From: Octopus sinensis
Taxonomy: Eukaryota
Direction of reading: 5' to 3'
Length of the DNA: 17,493 nt
Assembly: GCF_006345805.1 (NCBI RefSeq)
Contig: NW_021824798.1
Coordinates: 1-17,493, forward strand
The notes below the pieces were generated by a model. That model was not told the origin of the DNA and ran no database searches. It was given only the letters and a program-made list of their open reading frames with translations. Position numbers and translations under genes: made by a program. Of the stretch, positions 9,768 through 17,493 are shown in pieces (the stretch's first letter is position 1; every line of letters starts with the position of its first letter).

Positions 9768-9813
9768 GACACCTGACGAAGGCTGGAGGGTATATCAGCC
9801 GAAACGTTGTATT
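9768..9813 (+). ncRNA. Minimal type I hammerhead ribozyme motif in a ~175-bp element (9721-9895)
   Basis: GACAC-CUGACGA-A-GGCUG(gagggtatat)CAGCC-GAAAC-GUU|GUAUU: intact core, 5-bp stem II, palindromic AACGUU stem III, and stem I with one C-A mismatch. Confidence 0.75.
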
Positions 9814-9950
9814 AACAACAAACAAGATGACAAATATCCGTCAATTGTAAATAACGTAAATAATGTACATAATTCCTCATCTCAATATAAAACTGCATTC
9901 TGTTTTTGTCGTTCTTCTAGGCACTATATCCCGCACTAAATTATACAATA

Positions 9951-10348
9951 CTAGCAGTATCGCCCGGCGTTGCTCGGGTTTGTAAGGGAAATAACTATAA
10001 AGCATTTTTAGAGAGTTATAGCCAAAAAAATAGCAAAAAAATGCATTAAAATGGAAAAAAAAAATTATGGTAAATTTTTATTAAAATCGTGACTCATCGT
10101 AGACATTTTTAGAGAGTTACTTCCCTTATATAATAGCGAAAAAATGCATTAAAATGGAAAAAAATGATGGTAAATTATTTTTAAAATCGTAGACTCATCG
10201 TAGACGCGCACTAATACCCTGAAGGGTTCGATATGAATCACGACTAGAAGATACCCGCTTTTGGTTAAACTGAACCGCAAAATCTGGGAGTAGTTAGGAA
10301 TCTAAATCGTAGGAGACAGACACACAACCTTACTTTTATATATAAAGA
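9951..10348 (-). mobile_element. Non-autonomous Helitron (copy 1)
   Basis: Minus strand reads A|TCTTTATATATAAAAG ... CCCGagcaacgcCGGG hairpin ... CTAG|T, with no TSD. Homologous to 14614-14989 and 16329-16714. Contains an internal ~100-bp tandem duplication. Confidence 0.88.
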
Positions 10349-10464
10349 TGTTCTGCTTTCGGCAGCCAATCCTTTTTCATTCGAGGGTGGTTTGGCTGCC
10401 ATATCTAGCTGGTCGAGTGAATATGCCGGTATCTTGCAGTTTGTTGGTCAGTACAGATTGATGT

Positions 10465-10670
10465 TGTCAGTGTTTATCATCCCGAGATTATCTTTGATCG
10501 AGCAGACCTATGATCAAAAGTATTCCTACCATGACCCGTTGCAATCATTTTCCCTATATGTTGGGAATTCATGACTGCATAATCCACTTGTCTATTTGTA
10601 ACGTAGTGAAGTGAGATTTGAGGAAGTTTTTAACCGCTATTTCACGTAGAGGTGACCTCTTTTGGTTCAC
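10465..10670 (-). mobile_element. SINE family C 3' part (a second partial copy at ~10386-10430)
   Basis: Reverse complement aligns with 84-275 (gaaatagc and ggtcatgg..gaatac.tttgatcat.gg.ctgctcgatca). Confidence 0.6.
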
Positions 10671-10840
10671 AGAGTTTACAACTATTTATGTAATTGATAC
10701 GGCCTAAATACACACACACACGCAACACACAGAGACATCTGCGCGCGCACTGATTGAGGGCTTCGAATGCCCCGTCCGTGTTTTTTGTGTCGTCTTCTAA
10801 ATGTTTCACGTTCTTGTCCCAGTTTATATATTTTTTTTAC

Positions 10841-10845
<5 letters not shown>

Positions 10846-10888
<43 letters not shown>

Positions 10889-10921
10889 TTGTATATATAT
10901 GTGTGCGTGTGTATTATATAT

Positions 10922-10966
<45 letters not shown>

Positions 10967-10989
10967 TTGTATATATATGTGTGCGTGTG

Positions 10990-11038
<49 letters not shown>
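10846..11038 (+). repeat. Compound (TA)n/(TG)n repeat with a duplicated ~80-bp unit
   Basis: (TA)n-gtatgtttgtatatatatgtgtgcgtgtgtattata occurs twice. Confidence 0.9.
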
Positions 11039-11051
11039 TTTTTATTCCTTT

Positions 11052-11423
11052 ATTCTTTTACCTATTTCAGTCATTTGATTGCACCGCCTTTAGTCGAACA
11101 AATCGACCCCAGGACTTATTCTTTGTAAGCATAGTACTTATTCTATTGGCTCCCTTTGCCGAATCGTTAAGTCACAGGGACGTAAACACATGAACATCGG
11201 TTGTCAACCGATGGTAGTGGGGTAAAACACACACACAAACACAGACACACAAACATATACATACATATATATATACGACGGCTTCTTTCAGTTTCTGTCT
11301 ACCAAATCCACTCACAAAGCTTTGGTCGGCCCGAGGCTATAGTAGAAGACTATAAGGTGCCATGCAATGGAATTGAACCCGAAACCATGTGGGTGGTAAG
11401 CAAGCTACTTACCACACAACCAC
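11052..11423 (-). mobile_element. SINE family A
   Basis: Colinear with 2304-2762, with small internal deletions. Confidence 0.9.
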
Positions 11424-11684
11424 ATGTATGTATGAGATTAACTACATCTAAGATAAAAGATGCTTTCTCTTCAGCCATTTTTGGTGAATGTAGCAGTGAA
11501 CAAGAAGAATTAATATAAGCAGACGGAATCCGACAATAATCCGGTATTTCGATCCTGCAACGTAATACCGTCCTGTTGGTGGATCGGCAGTGGTGGCCTA
11601 ATATCTGTCCATCATTTCCTCTTGGTTTCCAGCTTAACTCTTCTCCCTTGTTTCTTGTTCCGCAACTAACAGGAAGGACTTCTG

Positions 11685-11718
11685 ATATATATATATATAC
11701 ATACACACACACACACAC

Positions 11719-11787
<69 letters not shown>

Positions 11788-12018
11788 CATACATATATAT
11801 ATATATATAATATATATATATATATATACACATACATACATATATATGTGTGTGTGTGTGTGTGCGCGCGTGCGAGTGTGAGTGTGCGTGCGCGTGCGCG
11901 TGTGTTTGTGAGTAAACATATGAGTAAATATATGTGTATATATTTATATGTATAAACGTATATATGTACGTATGTATGTATATATGGATGTATATGTATG
12001 CATATATATGTATGTACA
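11685..12018 (+). repeat. Compound (TA)n/(CA)n/(TG)n microsatellite
   Basis: Read directly. Confidence 0.95.
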
Positions 12019-12121
12019 TAATTGTGCTTTGACTACAGTATTAGAACATTTTAGCTCTTACTTTTAGCAATGTAGGTATTCATAACACCCTAGTCGCATT
12101 TAGAGAGAATTATAGTCTTGC

Positions 12122-12196
12122 GGAGGCGCGTGGCTTAGTGGTTAGGGTGTTGAACTCATGATCGTAAGGTTGTGGTTTCGACTCCTGGACCGGGCG
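12122..12196 (+). mobile_element. Isolated tRNA-like SINE head related to family D
   Basis: ggaggcgcgtggcttagtggttaggg...gtttcgactcctggaccgggcg parallels 1735-1810. It stops at ccgggcg and is followed by (TA)n. Confidence 0.7.
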
Positions 12197-12210
12197 CTTA
12201 TATATATGTA

Positions 12211-12265
<55 letters not shown>

Positions 12266-12299
12266 TTGTATATGTATATATGTACGTGCATACACACAC

Positions 12300-13041
12300 G
12301 GCAGAATTTGAACTCAGAAAGTAAAGACGGATGAAGTGTCGCTAGCCATTTTGTTCGGTGTGCTAATGATGTTGCCAGCTCGCTGCCCTGGTAATATGAT
12401 AGTAATAGTAATAGCGAAAGGCGGCGAACTGGCATAATCGTTAGCACGTCGGGCGAAATGGCTAGCGACATTTCGGCCGTCTTTGCGTTTTGAGTTCAAA
12501 TTCCGCCGAGGTTGACTTTGCCTTTTATCCTTTCGGAGTCGATAAATTAAGTACCAGTTGCGTACTGAGGTCGATCTAATCGATTGGCCCCACCCTCCCC
12601 CAAAATTTCGGGCCTTGTGCCTAGAGTAGAAAAGAAAAAAAAAGTGATAATAATGATTTCAAATTTTGGCACAAGGCCAGCAATTTCGAGGAGGCAGGTG
12701 AATCGATTACATTGACCACAGTGCATATTTTTATCGAGTCCGAAAGGATGAAAAGCAAAGTCGACGTTGGCGGAATTTGAACAAAGACCATGAAGACGGT
12801 CGAAATGCTGGTAGCCATTTTGTCCGGAGTGCTAACAATTCTGCACGCTCACTGCCCTCTATTTCAAATTTTGGCACAAGGCCTGCGAGTATGGTGAACG
12901 GGTAGGTCGATGACATCGACGCCAGTGTTCGACTGGTACTTATTTTATCGACCCCGAAATGGATTAAAGGCAATGTAAAGACGGACAAAATGCTGTTTAG
13001 CATTTTCTCCGGCGATCTAACGATTCTGGCAGCTCGCCACC
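12300..13041. mobile_element. Cluster of four SINE family B copies in mixed orientation
   Basis: Minus head 12300-12388, plus copy 12418-12634, and minus copies 12656-12856 and 12861-13041. The last two both begin atttcaaattttggcacaaggcc. Confidence 0.85.
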
Positions 13042-14613
13042 GTAGAACATACACCACTAATATAACAGAAAGAAGAAGCTAAACCCCAACCCCATACCAA
13101 AACAAACTGGTGCAGTATACCAACAGGAGGGGGGGGGTCTACGCTCCTCCAATCCTCACCAGAATAAGAACACAATACTGTATGCACTTTGAGAACTCGG
13201 TTGGGCACCAAAGAATAACTTTTCTGTAATTCTTTAAATTTAGAATATAAATCAGCTTTCTAAATATGAAAAAGATATTCTTTTCAACTCTAGGCACAAG
13301 GCCGGAAATTTATTTGATTGAACGCGACGCATCCATTTCCAAGTAAGTGTGTGTGTATATATATATATATATTTACCTTTTTTAATTTCTTATATATATA
13401 TGTACACACACTATGTATGTATGTATATATGTATGTATGTATGTACACATATGTATGTTTATATTAAAAGAAGCTATATTTCCCCTATAGTGTGAGCATA
13501 AGATGGTGACTTTAGAATTAACATCAAGATTGGCCTTTTTCTAAAGCCCTCTCTCAAGTGTCTTCAAACGAAAAAAAAAATATTACATTGCTTTGTTGTT
13601 CCTTGTATCAGAATACATCTTCTCATCCTCTCAAGGCGGTCCTTCATCATCGAAGGTCTCATTGAATCATTTTCGAAATGACGTTTCACCTAACAAACAT
13701 CTAAGTATTGTCTCATTAGTGAACAAAGGAGTAAAATCTAATTTCAGATATTCCTGTGAATAATGCTAATGGTTTTTTTTTTTTTCGTTTTTCTTTCTCA
13801 GTATCGAGGGGGCTGACATACTGTAAAATTAATGAGCTATCATGTAAATGTAAAATGCGAATGGAATAACAGATAAAACGGCCTCTTCAAAATTGTTGTA
13901 AATGACTTAAAATTATCAAAACTATAATTACATTATAATATAATAGTGATTTTTAGTTTTTAATATTTATTTCTCTGTCGTTACATTCATCTTTTTATTC
14001 CAATTTGTGCAAAGAAACACGTGACATAAACACGCTTGGACAAAAGGGCAATACGTTTCTCTGATAGTAGCTACCTAATTGAAAATAATTGTGGGCTCGC
14101 GTCACACACACATACACACACAAACACACACACACACAACATACACACACATACGATTTTGCTGTAAGGACTCATAAGAATCGGGACACATCAACTCGTA
14201 GGACGCCAGAAATGGCTAGGCACGATAACACAGGGATCACAATGAAAAAGAAAAACCAGCATTGAAGGCATCAGTACTGGTGGGACACCGTTGACCCCAC
14301 TCAAGCGCAGCAGGGAACCCCAACAACCAAACGCAATTATTATCCTTCGATCCGACTCAGTGTTGAGTCCTTGCTGTGGTAAAAGACGTAAACACAAATG
14401 ACGTTTGAATTTTACGGCCGTCGTAAGTTAAAAAACGCCATTTGCGTTTATTGTGTGAGTGCGTGTGTACATATGTATATTTATACACATATATAAACAT
14501 TAAATTAGATTTATATACACATATGCGTGTATAAATACACATATATATTGATGAATATGTATATATGTATATACACATACATTTATACACACATACACAT
14601 GTATAAATATATA

Positions 14614-14989
14614 TCTTCTTTATATATAAAAGTGAGGTTGTGTGTCTGTCTCCTATGATTTAGATTTCTAACTACTCCCACATTTTGCGGTGCAGTTTAA
14701 CCAAAAGCGGGTATCTTATAGTCGTGATTCATATCGAGCCCGTCTGGGTATTAGCGCGCGTCTACGATTAAAAAAAAAATTACTGTCATTTTTTTCCATT
14801 TTAATGCCTTTTCGCTATTATATAAGGGAAGTAGCTCTCTAAAAATGTCAACGATGAGTCAACGATTTAAAAAAAAAATTACCATAATTTTTTTCCCATT
14901 TTTAATGCATTTTTTTGTTATAACTCTCTAAAAATGCTTATATAGTTATTTCCCTTACAAACCCGAGCAACGCCGGGCGATACTGCTTG
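14614..14989 (+). mobile_element. Non-autonomous Helitron (copy 2), 3' CTAG mutated to CTTG
   Basis: A|TC start, intact CCCG/CGGG hairpin (14962-14977), terminal CTTG|T at 14986-14990. Confidence 0.87.
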
Positions 14990-15317
14990 TATTTTATAAT
15001 TAAAAAACAAATATAAGGGTGGCTTTCTATCTTGCAGTAACTAACTGTTGCTTTGCAATTTATACTTACTATGACAGACCGGTGATTAGGAATAGCAGTC
15101 AAAACCACAACCACAAGCCTTGTATTAAAAACGGAAGACGAAAAGCTTCCAGGATATTATTTGTATGAGGAAAACAAGGCAAACGATGGTGGACAGCAGA
15201 AGATGTGGATGTATATAATTACATCTAAGATTAAATAAAAATAACGGCAGCGGACATCATAGAATGCAGGTCTGATCCCTTCCTGGAAGGTGGTAGAAGG
15301 GATGTCAGGATATTAAG

Positions 15318-15329
15318 TCTGTTTTTAAT
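15318..15329 (-). promoter_or_regulatory. Putative snRNA 3' box
   Basis: Minus-strand ATTAAAAACAGA about 23 nt past the U2 3' end resembles the GTTTN0-3AAARNNAGA consensus. Confidence 0.5.
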
Positions 15330-15352
15330 TTGTTTATATATCCCAGGTGGGA

Positions 15353-15542
15353 GATGGGCTGAATCCTGGAAGTACTGCTATACCAGGTCAACCCGTGGCA
15401 AAGGCGGAGCAAGCCCCTAACTCTTCGCCTCGTTCTAAAAATCAGTTTAATATCGATGGTCCCAAATAGGGACCGTATCAGATATTAAGCTGATAAGAAC
15501 AGATACTACACTTTGATCTTAGCCAAAAGGCCGAGAAGCGAT
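15353..15542 (-). ncRNA. U2: U2 spliceosomal snRNA, full length (~190 nt)
   Basis: Begins AUCGCUUCUCGGCCUUUUGGCUAAGAUCAAAGUGUAGUAUCUG. Has the branch-site recognition GUAGUA, stems IIa and IIb (GGUCCC/GGGACC), an Sm-site U5 tract (15435-15443), stem III with CUUG loop, and stem IV CCUGG/CCAGG plus GGGUUGA/UCAGCCC. No poly(A) tail or TSD. Confidence 0.97.
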
Positions 15543-15578
15543 AATTTTGACCCTAGCTTAGAAATATTATACCTATTT

Positions 15579-15594
15579 CTATTTAGTATAGTGA
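15579..15594 (-). promoter_or_regulatory. Possible PSE-like element of the U2 gene
   Basis: TCACTATACTAAATAG at -52..-37 loosely resembles the vertebrate PSE TCACCNTNA(C/G)TNAAAAG. It is closer to +1 than usual and the mollusc consensus is unknown to me. Confidence 0.25.
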
Positions 15595-15794
15595 CTGATT
15601 TATACTACACTTATATAGCTGTATTTAATTAGTTCTTCCATATTTTGTAATATATTTTATTTTATTTCGTAGTAGTTGTTTATAATTCCCTTTCAATCTG
15701 AGAATTTTAATATTTTCTTTTTTTTTTAATGATATTATCCTAAGCGTAATCTGTAATTGTGTTGATTTGATAATAAACGTGAATGAAAATTACG

Positions 15795-16181
15795 GGATAT
15801 TTTCGGTTTGAACGGCAGTTTTTTCTAGCGGTGTCATATGAAATTGTCACCCATAATTATGACCCTGGTATCGATCTTATTGCATTTCAATCTATTTTAG
15901 GGTTAGATGTGGGGGGTATCTTTTTTTCTTCACAAATGTAAATAAACCCAGTCTGTTTCTTAAACGAGGGACATATTCATACGGCACAGAATGTTGTCTA
16001 CCTCAATAGACGTCAGTGATTGGTTGAAATTGCAGAAAAAAAAACCCAACAAATATCTTACAAACTATAGAATTGTCTCAATAAAGCCAAGAGAAAAAGA
16101 TGTTTCACCAGTATAAGAAGTTTAAAATTTTTAGTTACCTATAAATTATATTAAAAACTGCAGTTCAAACCGAAAATATCC
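15795..16181. mobile_element. 387-bp MITE with 29-bp TIRs
   Basis: ggatattttcggtttgaacggcagttttt (15795-15823) matches the reverse complement of 16153-16181 at 28/29. No clear TSD. Confidence 0.8.
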
Positions 16182-16328
16182 AAAGTACGAATTACGACGG
16201 TCCGTAATGTTCACGTGACTCTATATCTCACCAGTAAAATATTTATTACTCTTTTACTAAATTAATTATTTTTTAGGTATCATAAATCTCGTAAGTCGTA
16301 TCGGAAACATTTTCTTGCTTTTCTGAAA

Positions 16329-16714
16329 TCTTTGTATATAAAAGTGAAGTTGTGTGTCTGTCTCCTACGATTTAGATTCCTAACTACTCCCACATTTTGC
16401 GGTGCAGTTTAACCAAGACCGGGTATCTTATAATCTCGTGATTCATATCGAGCCCTTCTGGGTATTAGCGCGCGTCTACGATGAGTCTACGATTTAAAAA
16501 AATATTTACCATCATTTTTTCCATTTTAATGCATTTTTTCGCTATTATATAAGGGAAGTAACTCTCTAAAAATGTCAACGATGAGACAACGATTAAAAAA
16601 ACAAAAAAATTTACCATTTTTATGCATATTTTCTGATCTTTTGGGTATAACTCTCTAAAAATGCTTATATAGTTATTTCCCTTACAACCGAGCAACGCCT
16701 GGCGATACTGCTAG
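16329..16714 (+). mobile_element. Non-autonomous Helitron (copy 3)
   Basis: A|TCTTTG start and CTAG|T end. Subterminal hairpin weakened (ccgagcaacgcctgg). Confidence 0.88.
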
Positions 16715-16760
16715 TATATATATATATATATATATATATATTTTTATTTTGATTTTTCCA

Positions 16761-16799
16761 GTTTCAGCTAATGAGCTGTGGCCATGCTGGGACACCGCC
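16761..16799 (-). mobile_element. SINE family A-like tail fragment
   Basis: gtttcagctaatgagctgtggccatgctgggacaccgcc resembles 2317-2355. Confidence 0.6.
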
Positions 16800-16818
16800 A
16801 TATATATATATATATATA

Positions 16819-16878
<60 letters not shown>

Positions 16879-16980
16879 TATATATACATATGTATATATC
16901 TAGTGTCTATGCAGACATAGACACAGACACACACACGCACACACACATACACATACACACACACACACACGTACATATAT
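16800..16980 (+). repeat. Compound (TA)n/(CA)n microsatellite
   Basis: Read directly. Confidence 0.93.
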
Positions 16981-17157
16981 ATGAATATACGTACTGCTTG
17001 AGTTTTACGCCATTTCAAATACAACCCATCATATGTGTGTGTGTTCGTGTGTGTGTGTGTGTGTGTATAGTTTAAATTTATATAAATACAAAAGACGAAG
17101 ACAGGTGTGTAAACAACAAGCAGGTGTATTAGTATGACGCTCGGGAAAGTGAGAAAG

Positions 17158-17195
17158 CCTTTTACGTTTCGAGCCTATGCTCTTCAACAGAAAGG
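17158..17195 (-). ncRNA. Minimal type I hammerhead-like motif with variant core, in a ~200-bp element (~17067-17268)
   Basis: Minus strand CCUUU-CUGUUGA-A-GAGC(auag)GCUC-GAAAC-GUA|AAAGG: perfect 5-bp stem I, 4-bp stem II and palindromic ACGU stem III. Core A6 is replaced by U. Confidence 0.65.
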
Positions 17196-17493
17196 AATAA
17201 GAAGAAAAAAAACAGAATGAGAATGAAAAAAGAAACTTGTAGATTTCAGCTGTCCACCATGGCGAATGATTGGTAAAAAAAAAAGGAACGGGAAATAGTA
17301 AAAAAAGAGGTTGAATAAAGGGGGGATAATAAAGTGCTAGTGATTCCAACAAGAGAAGGTGCGCGTGCGTGTGTAATAGAGGCGAGTGACTCTGACGTGT
17401 GTGAGTATGTGCGTGTATTACGTATGTGTGTGTGTGTGTTGTGTGTAGCAGTTGATGTGTGCACATGTGTGTGTATACACACAACACACACAC

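Noticed and set aside
10749-10775. ctgattgagggcttcgaatgccc hairpin as a hammerhead
   Set aside because: No GAAA follows the stem.
13640-13690. Minus-strand GAAACGTC ... ATGATGA as a type II hammerhead
   Set aside because: The core lacks C3 and no stem I can form.
14160-14400. GC-richer segment with short ORFs
   Set aside because: Stops interrupt most frames and no motif was recognised; left unannotated.
1-17493. ORF-track entries with poly-I/Y/N/H/T/V or IYIY/THTH runs (e.g. 2472-2729, 4876-5227, 7251-7487, 9522-9939, 10682-11193, 11350-12019, 16824-17493)
   Set aside because: They are translations of microsatellites and SINEs, with no recognisable domain.

Overview
AT-rich, microsatellite-dense eukaryotic DNA. 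The SINE families resemble, from my recall, those of octopus (coleoid cephalopod); this is inference, not a database result. No protein-coding gene can be supported: nearly all listed ORFs are microsatellite or repeat artefacts. The one clear gene is a full-length U2 snRNA on the minus strand (~15353-15542) with a 3'-box-like motif and two unusual substitutions in protein-binding sites. It lies between two same-orientation non-autonomous Helitrons. The rest is layered mobile DNA: four tRNA-type SINE families (labelled A-D here), including an inward-facing inverted SINE dimer; a TTAA-flanked MITE; a decayed Penelope-like GIY-YIG fragment bounded by a 97-bp inverted repeat; and an L1/Tx1-type LINE 3' end interrupted by a 279-bp solo LTR with a 5-bp TSD. 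There is also a chain of elements strung on (ATT)n tracts, a third Helitron, a second MITE, and two short microsatellite-adjacent elements that each carry a minimal type I hammerhead ribozyme motif (9768-9813 +, 17158-17195 -).
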